Made by a program: the position numbers and the translations under genes
Part shown: positions 27,388 through 42,510 of the stretch, piece by piece
Numbering within the stretch: position 1 is the first letter of the stretch
Layout: each line of letters starts with the position of its first letter
NCBI GenBank assembly: GCA_951406725.2
Contig: OX597820.1
Span: 14,942,001-15,006,000 of the forward strand
Direction: 5' to 3'
Origin: Octopus vulgaris
Taxonomy: Eukaryota
Length of the DNA stretch: 64,000 nt
Notes under the pieces: model-generated
The model's input: only the letters and a program-made list of their open reading frames with translations
Told to the model about the DNA's origin: nothing
The model's database searches: none

Positions 27388-27607
27388 ATTTCCGATCTTA
27401 AATATCAATATATTAAAATATGAGTTTAAAATAATTTTAAAATAATAAAACCTATATATAACCTATATATAATCCATATATAATCAATATATATATATAT
27501 ATATATGAAACAATTGTAGTGGCGTTTTTTTTTACTTTTTATTAAAACTTTATGTATTGATTAAGTCTTTCCTTGTTTGTTTTGCAAAATAGTGGTTTTG
27601 TCTCTAA

Positions 27608-27677
<70 letters not shown>

Positions 27678-28289
27678 TATTATAAAAGGCAGATTTTATC
27701 TGCCTCCCTTTGGGAGTTATACAAATCTACAATATAGGATTTCTTCAATTACAATTTACCTTGCATTTTTAAGAGTACAATGCATCGCGTCATGCCAGGT
27801 CCAGTTTTTAAAATTTAAACTCCAATTAAGCAAAATTTACAGAAAACTCACATTCTGGTGTGTGTGTCAAATGCTTTTCTTAGTCTGGTTTACAGCACAC
27901 GCAAACGCACACACACACTGTGTAACGAATAAAGTGAAACTAGATGTAATATTTGTTTCTGTCTATCACGCTGATAGATACATGAGTAAAATGTATGGGA
28001 AGCTAACAAATAAGAGTGAGTGAAAATGTTCTTGGAAGAGAGTAAATTTAAAGCTTGAGAACAATCAGATACATTTGCAACACATCTGTTGAAAATATTA
28101 TTGTTCACACACATACATATACATATATACATACAGACAGACAGACAGATAGACACACACACACACACACACACACATGATCCAGCATGGCCACAACCTC
28201 AAGGCTGAAACATATAAAAGAATAACAGAATATAAATGTGTGCATGTGTGTGAGAGAAAGAGTGTGTGTGTATATGTATGCATGTATGT

Positions 28290-28900
28290 ATGTATATATA
28301 TATAATAATGCGGTTTTTTTCAACAGCTTGAACTAAAAGTCAGAGGGGAATGGGATAAACTACTTATATTAACTTGCTATAAAAGCAGGTAGTAATTTTA
28401 TCTTGTCCTTATTCATAGTGCAAGTTTTGAAGAGTGCATTTCGATTTTAACAGCTATTTTTTTCAAAGCTATGTTGGAAGTAACAAAGGAGCATATTTGG
28501 CATATTTTGCTTTATGAATTCAATAAAGACAACAGCGCAACGGAAAGTACAAGAAATATTAATGCAGTATATGGGGATTGGACAATAAGCGTAAGGCAGT
28601 GTCAATGGTGGTTCCAGAAATTCCGAGCCATAAACTACAGCCTAGAAGACGAGCCTCATCCTGAAAGATCTGTAAAACTCGACAAGGACATCCTGAAAAC
28701 CCTGGTGGAACAAAATCTCATCGTAACTGTTGAGGAACTAGCAGAGAAGCTTGGATTTGGTCATTCAACCATTCATTGAGACCTGTGTGCTATCGGAAAA
28801 GTCAGCAAATTGGGTCAATGGGTTCCTCACGAACTTTCCGAGTCTAATTGCATGCAGAGAGTGAATGTATGCTTTTCTTTGCTGTCACATCTCACCACTA
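28290..28900 (+). mobile_element. Mariner 5' relic (HTH region up to WVPHEL)
   Basis: HILLYEF...WFQKFRA...LEDEPHPER, then a stop, then GQWVPHELS; interrupted by a Helitron-type element. Confidence 0.88.
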
Positions 28901-28914
28901 CTGCGCTATGTATA

Positions 28915-29551
28915 TCTATATATATAAAACTGTAGTTGTGTGAGTGTCTGTCCCCTTCGAATTAGATTCCTAACTACTCCCACATTTTGCGGTGCAGTTT
29001 AACCAAATTCGGGTAGCTTATAGTCGTGATTCATATCGAGCCCGTCTGAGTATTAGCGCGCGTCTACGATGAGTCTACGATTTTAAAAATAATTTAACAT
29101 CATTTTTTATTCCATTTTAATGCATAATTTTTCGTGTGTCGATGGCGGCGGAGTTGGCGTCCACGCTCACACCTGCACATGTGGGGAAGGGAGTGTAAGG
29201 AAATCAACGTCGTAATGCGTTGTCAAGGACACCAGCGTTCTTTTAGAACAACGACTTCATGGCTTGAAGACACCAAAACAGAAATGGCTAAGAAAGCGTC
29301 TACATGAGTCTACGATTTAAAAAAAAATTTACCATCGTTTTTTTTCCATTTTAATGCATTTTTTCGCTATTATATAAGGGAAGTAACTCTCTAAAAATGT
29401 CTACGTTGAGTCAACGATTTAAAAAAAAATTTACCATCATATTTTTTCCATTTTTAATGCATTTTTTGCTATTTTTTGGCTATAACTCTCTAAAAATGCT
29501 TATATAGTTATTTCCCTTACAAACCCGAGCAACGCCGGGCGATACTGCTAG
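28915..29551 (+). mobile_element. Non-autonomous Helitron-type element
   Basis: A|TC 5' end, subterminal hairpin cccgagcaacgccggg, 3' CTAG|T; internal block repeated three times. Confidence 0.85.
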
Positions 29552-29689
29552 TAGCCAATAAAAAGAAGACAAAGATAATTCTTTAACACATTTTTAATTG
29601 TAAGTTAAAAAGAATTCCGTACCATCTCCATTTGCGACGCTAGTTTACGCGAAAATTCGAAATGAAAAATCATGTAATATTTGCAGTTT

Positions 29690-29720
<31 letters not shown>

Positions 29721-30296
29721 GCATATATATATGTACACGCACATATATATACACACACACATACATATATATATACATATACACATACATGAGGCACTTT
29801 GGGCAAGTGTCTTCTTCTATAGCCTCGGCCTACCAAAGCCTCGTGAGTGGATTTGGTAAACGGAAACTGAAAGAAGCCCGTCGTATTGACAATCGATGCT
29901 AGTGTGCTTACGTTCCAATAACCTAGCGGTTCGAAAAAAGAATTCGATAGAATAAATACTAGGCTTACAAAGAATAAGTCCTGGAGTCGATTTGCTCGAC
30001 TAAAGGCGATGCTCCAGCATGGCCGCAGTCAAATGACAGAAACAAATAAAAGATAATTTGCTTTGTGGCAAGGACTGTTTCAACGAAGTCGCGTCTTGTC
30101 CTTGCCTTCGTAACGCGGGGTAGTTGAAACAGGGAAAACTGAAGAAGGGGAATATTCTTTATGTTGTATGTCTCGTTTCTCTGTTTTTTCGTTGTTCGAA
30201 AAAAAGTTCGTTTCTATGTTTTTGTTTTTATGTTTTTGTTTCTCATTGTGTTCAACGTTTTTGTTTATGTCCTGTACCCATATATGCATGTATATG

Positions 30297-30376
<80 letters not shown>

Positions 30377-30385
<9 letters not shown>

Positions 30386-30501
30386 GAAGGAGCTTCTACA
30401 GGACTAGAACTGTTTCATTCAAGAGAAATCTTCAGGTAGCTCCTGAAGATTTCTCTTGAATGAAACAGTTCTAGTCCTGTAGAAGCTCCTTCTATATAAT
30501 A
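30377..30501. repeat. Perfect palindrome, 60-bp arms, 5-nt loop, abutting (TA)n
   Basis: 30377-30436 is the reverse complement of 30442-30501. Confidence 0.95.
30438..30487 (+). ncRNA. Type I hammerhead motif in a perfect palindrome (mirror copy on - strand)
   Basis: AGCTC-CTGAAGA-t-TTC-tctt-GAA-t-GAA-ACAG-ttctagtc-CTGT-A-GAAGCT. 4-bp stem III, GUA site, imperfect stem I. Confidence 0.65.
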
Positions 30502-30770
30502 AATTAATTTTACTCTACTATGTATTGAGTACCTTATTTACTGTGGTTAACCCCGAATCAACCCGGGACCTACATATATATATATATATATATTTATACA
30601 TTATTTATATTATTATTTGATCGAACGCCACGCATCCTTTTCCAAGTAAGTTTTATCTATATATATAAATATATATATATTTCTATATATAAACACACAT
30701 TCACACACGCGCACACACGCACATACATACGTATAGCTAGCTAGCTAGATAGATATATTTTTTATTATAG

Positions 30771-31136
30771 ACTTAGCACTATGACCCGGCGTTGCCGGGT
30801 CATACTGCTAGTGCATGCATATACAGCTGCGTGCGTGCGCACACACACGCGAGTACTGTCCAAATCTCGACCAATCACATACAGCTAGCTGGCATTCAAA
30901 TGGCGTATCAAGTTTCGGACATTTTGATTGGGTTCTGGATAGAAAATTCACAAAAAAGTCACTTCTATTGATTTTTTTAATGGCTTTGTTGGATGACTGG
31001 GGAAATGTAAAGATGTGCACGACCACCCTTGGACGGTTTTCAATGACCATAGAAAGTGCGAGCTCTCTAACCGAAAAATTGTGCATTTGTATAAAGGACA
31101 CACACGCAGACATTTTGCCGTTTATATATAGAGAGA
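30771..31136 (-). mobile_element. Non-autonomous Helitron-type element
   Basis: Minus-strand 5' tctctatatataaa; terminal hairpin tatgacccgg-cgttg-ccgggtcata next to ctag. Confidence 0.65.
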
Positions 31137-31559
31137 TGTGCTACTAATGGTTTTGTGTGGAGAAAGGTACTTGATTTTCAAGCGATCCACTTAAAATTTT
31201 CGTTATCGCCTCTATTTTGAATGAACTACTAGAGGTTGCCCTAGATTATGATCTCAACCCATTCACCTTACTACTTATAAAACCAGAATAAAGTTTAGAT
31301 ATGATGTTATTATTGACTATACGCGTAATATTCATAATAAACAAATATACTCTCTGTAAGTCGTACATGAATTTTAAATAGCACAGATATGTATACCATA
31401 TACATAACACGTATTCCAGACACCACATGATTTGCAAAATATATTTTATGAACTTACAATTTCATTGACTAGTTTGCGTTCAAAACCTGTGAAAATCCCA
31501 TAAATGGTAAGATACAGATGCACATATGCAGGCATATGTCACTATATACTTTAATTTAA

Positions 31560-31605
<46 letters not shown>

Positions 31606-31609
31606 GAAT

Positions 31610-31672
<63 letters not shown>

Positions 31673-31674
<2 letters not shown>

Positions 31675-32080
31675 ATCACAATCAAGGAACGGCCATATAT
31701 AGGCCATTCACCCATAGAAATAATAGCCAAAGCTTCAACCGCAAAAATAACATTAATTCCGTAAACCAGGAGAAAATTTAAAAACATTTACCCTGTAATT
31801 TCTTATACGATGCACCGTTTCATCTACTGTTTAATGGTAAACTAACCTGATTAAATTAATTTAATTTAATCAGGTTAGTTTACCATTAAACAGTAGATGA
31901 AACGGTGCATCGTATAAGAAATTACAGGGTAAATATTTTTTTAATATTTCTCCCAATACGGAATTAATGTTATTTTATATATTGGCTGTTAATAGTGGGT
32001 GAATGGCTACATATGGCCGTTCCTTGATTGTGATGATGAACTTATAAATGGTCTAAGACTATTTAATTTTTCCCACTAGG
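31673..32080. repeat. Palindromic element in (TA)n, copy 1 (perfect 74-bp inner arms centred on 31860, diverged outer arms)
   Basis: 31786-31859 mirrors 31861-31934; outer tcatcacaatcaaggaacggccat / atggccgttccttgattgtgatga. Confidence 0.9.
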
Positions 32081-32087
32081 TATAGTA

Positions 32088-33824
<1,737 letters not shown>

Positions 33825-33826
<2 letters not shown>

Positions 33827-34248
33827 TCACAATCAAGGAACGGCCATAATAGGCCATTCACCCACTAGAAATAACACCAAAGCTTCAACCGCAAAAATAA
33901 CATTAATTCCGTAAACCAGGAGAAAATTAAAAAAACATTTTACCCTGTAATTTCTTATACGATGCACCGTTTCATCTACTGTTTAATGGTAAACTAACCT
34001 GATTAAATTAATTTAATTTAATCAGGTTAGTTTACCATTAAACAGTAGATGAAACGGGTGCATCGTATAAGAAATTACAGGGTAAATGTTTTTATAATGT
34101 TTCTCCTGAATTTTGGAATTAATGTTATTGTTGCGTTGAAGTTTTTGGCTGTTATATTGTAGTGAGGTGATGGCCTATTATGGCCGTTCCTTGATTGTGA
34201 TGTTGAACTTATAAATGGTCTAAGACTATTTAATTTTTTCCCACTAGG
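33825..34248. repeat. Palindromic element in (TA)n, copy 2 (direct duplicate of 31673-32080)
   Basis: Same palindrome and same tail ending cccactagg. Confidence 0.9.
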
Positions 34249-34305
34249 CCGCTGGTGGCAAAAAAAAATTCTACAAAATTTTTTTTGCCACCCTATATTG
34301 ATTAA

Positions 34306-34370
<65 letters not shown>

Positions 34371-34649
34371 AAGGACAAAACCACCAGGTGGTCAGCCGTA
34401 TGCTAGAAGTAGATCACCTACGATCAAACTACAAAGAAAAGAATGGTCTCTAGAAGAAAATTCAGCGGACACCAGAACAATATGCGGGCAAGACAGATGA
34501 AAATTATATAAAAACCCCAGTGGTTTTGCACTTTAAATATACACATGTATTAGAATTTTCTCTGATTTTCAGATTTTTGTATGCTAGGCTACTGGTTTTA
34601 AATTGATATTAATTAAATTAATTCAATTTATCTCCCTCATTATTTAAAT

Positions 34650-34702
<53 letters not shown>

Positions 34703-34954
34703 TGTATACACATACGCCCAAATGTTCTCGCATAATGCTATTTAATCTATGTAGAACGCAAATTTTTATAAAAACGCAAAGGTCAACGCAAAGCAAATAA
34801 CAATTAACCCTGTCCAAAAGAAGTTGCTTCTCCTTATCTTATTAGCTATTATCTTTCAAGTCCCGTGTAATCATGTGTATTATCACGTAGTCCCATCCAA
34901 AACAGAGGCAATTACCAACATTTCTAAATGGTTCACTGAAAAAATTGTGGATCT

Positions 34955-35708
34955 AGCAGAAACGTTAGCACGCCGGGCTAAATGCTAAGCGGTATTTCGT
35001 CTGCCGCTATGTTCTGAGTTCAAATTCCGCCGAGGTCGACTTTGCCTTTCATCCTTTCGGGGTCAATTAAACAAGTACCAGTTACGCACTGGGGTCGATG
35101 TAATCGACTTAATCCGTTTGTCTGTCCTTGTTTGTTCCCTCCGTGTTTAGTCCCTTGGGGGTGTAAAGAAATAGGTATTTCGTCTGCCTTTACGTTCTGA
35201 GTTCAAATTCCGCCGGGTCAACTTTGCCTTTCATCCTTTCGGGGTCAATTAAACAAGTACCAGTTACGCACTGAGGTCGATGTAATCGACTTAATCCGTT
35301 TGTCTGTCCTTGTTTGTTCCCTCTGTGTTTAGCCCCTTGTGGGTAGTAAAGAAATAGGTATTTCATCTGCCTTTACGTTCTGAGTTCAAATTCCGCCGGG
35401 TCAACTTTGCCTTTCATCCTTTCGGGGTCGATTAAATAAGTACCAGTTACGCACTGAGGTCGATATAATCGACTTAATCCGTTTGTCTGTCCTTGTTTGT
35501 CCCTTCTGTGTTTAGCCCCTTGTGGGTAGTAAAGAAATAGGCATCTCGTCTGCCGTTACATTCTGAGTTCAAATTCCACCGAGGTCGACTTTGCCTTTCC
35601 TCCTTTCGGGGGTCGATTAAATAAGTACCAGTTGCGTTCTAGGGTCGATCTAATCGACTGACCCCTCCCACCAAATTTCGGGTCTTGTGACTAAAGTAGA
35701 AAAAGAAT
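34955..35708 (+). mobile_element. SINE family A tetramer; last unit has a different tail
   Basis: Junctions aagaaataggta|tttcgtctgcc; final unit ends ...cttgtgactaaagtagaaaaagaatt. Confidence 0.9.
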
Positions 35709-35789
35709 TCACAAATAAATATTTATCCTCAAAATACAGTGTTGAGCTTTCATTCTCAGTGTCTGCTCACTATCGTGCGTATATGTGTG

Positions 35790-35824
<35 letters not shown>

Positions 35825-35896
35825 ATATGCATATGTATATATATATGTATATGCATGTGTGTGAATATGCATTTATGCATACCTATATGTATGTAT

Positions 35897-35958
<62 letters not shown>

Positions 35959-36158
35959 TTATTCATTTAAATTCGTATTTATGTACATATGTAAAATAGA
36001 CACACGTGTGTGTGTGTAAGTGTGAGTGTGTGTATTTGTGTGTGTGTGTGTGTGTGTGTGTAAATCATACATACACTGCCAAAGAATCAAAAACTGAAAA
36101 GACGATTTCAATGACGTTTTGGAAACAATATAAGAAATTTCTCTAATTGTTAACTTAC

Positions 36159-36327
36159 GGGAATAGCATTCGACTCCTGCATCACTTTCGTGAACACAAT
36201 CATTGACTCCCCAAGGTAGATGGGACACTCATCTATGTAGGTTTCTGTCCCTTTGCATTTGACCTCGTCTAACCAAATCTTCCCAGATCCGCTTGGTGTT
36301 TCTTTGCCGCCAAGAGCCATGCCTGAT
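36159..36327 (-). CDS. SRCR protein, domain 1 second half (1-nt frameshift near 36222-36225)
   Basis: SGMALGGKETPSGSGKIWLDEVKCKGTETYIDEC in one frame, then HLPWGVNDCVHESDAGVECYS in another. 169 nt against 170 in two paralogous exons; splice sites intact. Confidence 0.9.
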
Positions 36328-36498
36328 CTGTTGTTGAAAATGAATAAATGAATAGAATGGCGTTTTGCTTGTCGCCTGCATAAAAGTATAACATAAATAT
36401 GCACACATATACACACGCGCACACTCACACTTATACATACACATACGGTGATGTACGTAGATATACGTGTGAGCGCGCGCGCGTGTGTGCGTGTGAGC

Positions 36499-36582
<84 letters not shown>

Positions 36583-36814
36583 GTGTGTGTGTGTGTGCAA
36601 TAGATAAATAAGGTCCAACTCTTTCTCAGAATCTAATCGATGAGGAATTGTATAGACTGGGTGGCAATGAGCTGGTAGAAGTGTTAGGACGTCGGACAAA
36701 ATAGCAAGCAGTATTTCACCCGGTGCTTAATGTTCTCGTTTCGAACCCCGCCGTGCTTAACTCTGCCTTTCACTTTCCGGAATCTATAAAGTACCAGCCA
36801 AGTACTGCTGCTGC

Positions 36815-37154
36815 TGCTGAGACCCCCTTCGGTCATGACTGACCATGGGATTGCACCTAGAAAGTTACCCTACCAGGCATAAGTCTGGGCAAGGTTGTTT
36901 ATGAAAAGCTAGCAGTCGTCCATGCATACCAGCCTCCCCACTCCACGCTGCCAATATTATCCAAGGGTAAGGCAACAGCTGATACAGCTTGGCACCTGTG
37001 ACGTCGCAACTCATTTCTACAGCTGAGTGAACTGGAGCAATGTGAAATAAAGTGTCATGCTCAAGAACACAACACGCAGCCCGGTCCGGGATTCGAACTT
37101 ACAACCTCACGATCCTAAGCTCGACGCTCTAACCACTGAGCCATGCGCCTTCAC
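36815..37154 (-). mobile_element. SINE family D (tRNA-derived head)
   Basis: gaaggcgcatggctcagtggttagagcgtcgagc...gttcgaatccc; related copies at 44354-44660 (+), about 40490-40665 and about 19650-19765. Confidence 0.85.
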
Positions 37155-37339
37155 CAGCCAAGTACTAGGGTTGACGTAATCGACTTTCAAATAATTTTTA
37201 ATTTTATCAATTAATTTTCTAAATGTCTAGAATTGAATCAGCTGTAAGAGATGTTAATTTTTTCATTTATAAATAATAATTTATTAATCATATCTCTATT
37301 TTCTTATCGTATTGATATATATATATATATATTCTAAAG

Positions 37340-37797
37340 TTTCAGCTCAGAGCTGCGGCCATACTGACGCACCGCCGTTTTGCGCTACACTGTTATTACT
37401 AGGAGCCTCCTCTAATATGTGGCACTTGATGAAGAAATGAAATTTGATATAGCTACTCTTATTTGCACCTCTTACTGTAAGGTAGGCTCATCTGGGGCTC
37501 TCGACAGGAAAAGGTCCAGCTTTGATTTAAAAACCCCTACATCTACTTTGTGCAAGTTCCTCAGACTCTTTGGGAGGATATTAAAAAGCTGTGGGTCCTT
37601 GAAACCTAGGCTGTTGCAGTAACTGGTCCTGAAGCGTGATGGCATTGCTGGGATCTTTGGCACTATGCAGTGTCGTCCCGTTCTGGCATTGGTGTAGCTT
37701 TCAATGCCAAAATTTGGTACAATTCCTTCCAGGATCTTCCAGATATATATTACTGCATACCTCTCCCGTCTTCTCTCCAGGGACTAGAGTCTTAGCT
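37340..37797 (-). mobile_element. 3' fragment of the same CR1/L2-group LINE (smaller piece at about 39999-40185)
   Basis: Colinear with 57772-58225 (PQLFNILPKSLRNLHKVDVGVFKSKLDLFL). Confidence 0.85.
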
Positions 37798-38012
37798 GTT
37801 ACGCACTGGGGTCGATATTATCGACTTAATCCGCTTGTCTGTCCTTGTTTGTCCTCTCCGGGTTTAGCCCCTTGTGGGTGGTAAAGAAATAGGTAAGTAG
37901 TGTATTATGAAGGTAGGTAGGTAGGTAGGCTTGTAGGTAGGAAAGTAGGTTGGAAAGTAAGTAGGTAGGTAAGTAAGTAGGTAGGTAAGTAAGTAGGTAG
38001 GTAGGTATGTAG

Positions 38013-38043
<31 letters not shown>

Positions 38044-38259
38044 TGTATGTATGTATGTATGTAGGTAGGTAGGTAGGTCGGTCGGCAACTTTGGTATTCA
38101 GTAAGAGCATAGCTCTATCAAGCGACTCTTCACGCACACGTACGCACACGTATACAATCATACATACACAGTCATATATACACATACACACGGAGATATA
38201 CGCACACAAGCTCATAAATGGACATCAGATTACGATAAAGAGGGACACGTGCGGTTTAC

Positions 38260-38398
38260 TTGTATTGTGACCAAATGACTACTCTAGCACTACTATCGTC
38301 CCAGAAATCACTGCAAATTGTGCCCCAAACATTGTTGTATCGGACTTCTACACGACCTCGAGTTTTAGATCCGACTATACGTATATCCGCTGGATAGC
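38260..38398 (-). CDS. SRCR protein, domain 1 first half
   Basis: YPADIRIVGSKTRGRVEVRYNNVWGTICSDFWDDSSARVVIWSQYK. gtgacag acceptor, gtaaac donor, 139 nt. The C-x-x-L-G-Y end is degenerate. Confidence 0.9.
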
Positions 38399-38444
38399 CT
38401 GTCACAAAATAGAAATAGGTAAAAAAACGGTAAATAGATATATA

Positions 38445-38856
38445 TTTCTTTATTGCCCACAAGGGGCTAAACATAGAGGGGACAAACAAAGACAGACAAA
38501 GGGATTAAGTCGATTACAACGGCCCTAGTGTGTAACTGGTACTTAATTTATCGACCCTGAAAGGATGAAAGGCAAAGTTGACCTCGGTGGAATTTGAACT
38601 CACAACATAACGACAGACGAAATACCTATTTCTTTATTACCCACAAGGGGCTAAACACAGAGCGGACAAACAAGGACAGACATAGGTATTAAGTCGATTA
38701 CATCGACCCCAGTGCGTAACTGGTACTTAATTTATCGACCCCGAAAGGATGAAAGGCAAAGTCGACCTCGGCGGAATTTGAACTCACAACGTAACGCAGA
38801 CGAAATACTGCTAAGCATTTCCCCGGCGTGCTAACGTTTCTGCCAGCTCGCCGCCT
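38445..38856 (-). mobile_element. SINE family A dimer
   Basis: Two units. Other copies at about 37797-37895, 39181-39367, 48555-48720, 49186-49345, 54262-54470 and 60022-60110. Confidence 0.9.
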
Positions 38857-38886
38857 TAAAGGTAAATAAATATAACATACTTTATT

Positions 38887-39131
38887 ATATTGAATTGGTG
38901 TAAAATTAGTGCGGCTTTTTTATTCAACAAATTTTATTCAACGAAAGCAATAACAATATGTAACAAAAACATCTTTAAACGGCGGTCTGATCGTCTGCCA
39001 AGCAAATGGGAAGCAGTAATCGAAGTAGATGGTGAATATGCTCCGGAATAATCATTTAAAGATGTTTTTGTTACATGTTGTTTTTGTTTTTGTTGAAAAA
39101 AAAGCTGCAATAATTATGCACCAACCCAATA
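38887..39131 (+). mobile_element. Internally deleted mariner (MITE-like) with both TIRs
   Basis: tattgaattggtgtaaaatta ... taattatgcaccaacccaata; retains the C-terminus LPSKWEAVIEVDGEY. Confidence 0.7.
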
Positions 39132-39527
39132 TTTGGGAGAGTTATTCTCTTTTAGTGCCTTATTATCGAGCACACACTAAGGTGGCGAGCTGGACGAAAC
39201 GCTTAGCGGTATTTCGCCTGTCGCAACGTTGTGAGTTCAAATTCCGCCGAGGTCGACTTTGCCTTTCATTCTTTCGGGGTCGCTAAATTAAGTACCAGTA
39301 AAACACTAGGATCGATGTAATCGATTATTCCCCTCTTTCAGGCTTTGTGCCTATATTAGAAAGGATTAGGCGCAGACTGGCTGTATACATATAGGCGCAG
39401 GTGTGGCTGTATGGTTTCGAGTTCAGTCCCACTGCAAGGCACACTTTGGACAAGTGTCTTCTACTATAGTCTAGGGCCGACCAAAGCTTTCTGAGTGGAT
39501 TTTACAGAAACTGAAAGAAGCCAGTCG

Positions 39528-39564
<37 letters not shown>

Positions 39565-41116
39565 CTGTGTGTGTATGCATGTATGCATGCATATGTATGC
39601 ATGTGTATATCTGTGTGTATGTGACTTTGTGTCTGTGTTTCTTTCCCATCACCGACCTGTATTGGTGTGCTTACCTCCCCGTAACTGAGCGGTTCGGCAA
39701 GAGACCAAGAAAATAAGTACTGGTCTTCTGAGGTCAGTTTGTTCAGCTAAAGCCCTTCAAGGCGGTGCCCCAGAGTGGCCGCACTCAAATAACTAAAACA
39801 AGTAAGTAAGTAGAGAGTAACGAATAGTGTTGATAGCATTACTCTTGTTAAAGAATGATAAATATGTCCAAGGTGGTGTTCCAGCATGGCCGCAGCCTAA
39901 CGACTTAAACAAGTAAAAGATATAAAAATATACTTTACATAAGGTGTTGAGTAATCCTTCAGTTTAATGTAAATTTGTTTTTATTATGGTTCGACATGCG
40001 TAACTGGTCCTGAAGCGTGATGGCATTGCTGGGATCTTTGGCACTATGCAGTGTCGTCCCGTTCTGGCATTGGTGTAGCTTTCAATGCAAAAATTTGGCA
40101 CAATTCCGTCCAGGATCTTCCAGATATATATTACTGCACACCTCTCCCGTCTTCTCTCTCCATGGACTAGAGTCTTAGCTGTTACGCAGCTGGCAGAATT
40201 CTTAGCACACCAGGTACAACGCTGGCATAATTCTTAGATGGCAGAATTCTTAGCATACCAGGTACAACGCCTAGTGAAGCATTTGTGGACTTCACCTCTT
40301 AGAAAAACAGCATATTCACCCCCAGCCCACAACATCCATCAATAAGAAGATTAAACTATCTTATTGCTGCCACCTGATGTGTTCCCTGTTAATGAACTTG
40401 AAGGCCCTGCCTGCTGATAACCTGGCTATGCCACACTAGGCCTAGCTGACCCATAGAAAAGATAAGACTAAATCGTTCTCGAGTCATATAGATTCACAGG
40501 GGCCGGTTTCCCGGTTTTCGTGGCACATATATCCCCGCTTGGACGGTACGCCGTGAAATGAAATATTTTGCACAAGAACACAACGCATCGCCCGGTCCAG
40601 GAATCGACACCACAATCTTATGATCATGAGTCCAACACCCTAACCACAAAGCCACGCACTCCCACAAGAGGCTCTACAAGAGCAGGATATATAATCCTTG
40701 TTACCTGCTGCCTGTTTTGACTACCAGCCAATTCATGTTGGTCATGCGACCTCAATTGTAACCAAACACCTTCAAAACGGTTTCTCCCTCATTAAGACTA
40801 CTGTGTGCATTTATCTCTTAATTTATGACAATTGACCGTGAAGAAATCGTTAGATTAAAATCACCATTCCTGCATCCTTTCACAGAGATAACTGCGTCAG
40901 GAGAACTTTGAGCTATAGCATTGCGGCTGCCAGTTACGTGTTTATTGACTGAGTTCAAATCCTGCTAGAGTATCCACCCGAATGGCTTTTTTTCTTTCTT
41001 TTTTTACGACAACTTGGCAGAAAAGAAAGGGTAGACCTCAACTTGGACTTGAAGTGAAGGCGTGTGGATGAGAAAAAGAGAGAGAGAGAGAAAAAGAGAG
41101 AAAAAGAGAGAAAAAG

Positions 41117-41183
<67 letters not shown>

Positions 41184-41318
41184 TATGATAATAGAAAATG
41201 AAAGAGAGAGAGAGAGAGAGGGAGAAAGGAAGAGAGGAGGATAGAGAGATAAGTTGTCATCGCATTCATAACAGAAAATCATGGTTAGATAAATACGTAA
41301 TATAAATTTAACAATTAC

Positions 41319-41369
41319 CTGCCTGAGATACAGCCAACACAGTGTACAGCAGAACACAGCTTAATAACC
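41319..41369 (-). CDS. SRCR protein, signal-peptide exon (xLLSCVLLYTVLAVSQA-G)
   Basis: cttattccag acceptor, cag|gtaatt donor. 51 nt, phase 1-1; hydrophobic core with an S-Q-A cleavage-type motif; joins in frame to G-YPADIR. Confidence 0.8.
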
Positions 41370-42039
41370 CTGGAATAAGATATTAGAAAGGTGAATAATT
41401 ACATACGATGGATAATTGTCAGCTCATTACAGTTGTTTCTTACGTAACTTTTAACAAAAAATTGAGAACATTACATCGTTATAAAAGACCGTTATCATAA
41501 GAATGAGAAGTAATTTCACAAAGAAAAGAATATCTCAGGAATACAGCAGGGATGTGGCTAGAGTCTGTGGAGGAAACTATGAAATGGGAGAATGACCAAC
41601 TATGTTGACCATTTAGGTTTACAATGGAGTTCTTGAAAGTGTGTAACATGATATCTAAGGTCAGCCACTCGGATGAGGAGTCTGTTAGAGTAGATCATAG
41701 GAAAACTGAAGTATGCTAAGTGTAGGGAGATGTAAGGAGGGGTTATGAAATAAATTCAGGATAAAGGAGGAAAGAAGGATTGTCGAACACCCTAGAGTAT
41801 ACCAATAGCATACTATTCGAATTAAAGCGACTTTTGGACCAGCTCCTGAGACGCTAAATACTTATACGGTTGGTTTCTCTCTGTGTACACAAGCGAAATA
41901 TCCTATCCGATATTTCGAATCTCACCAACCATAGGCCAGAACCACGGAGATTACCCAACCCTACCTGGTGCGTACCTTTTCAAGTACCTGATTCTATCTG
42001 AAACCCCATCTTACTTTATATATATATATATATATATAT

Positions 42040-42510
<471 letters not shown>

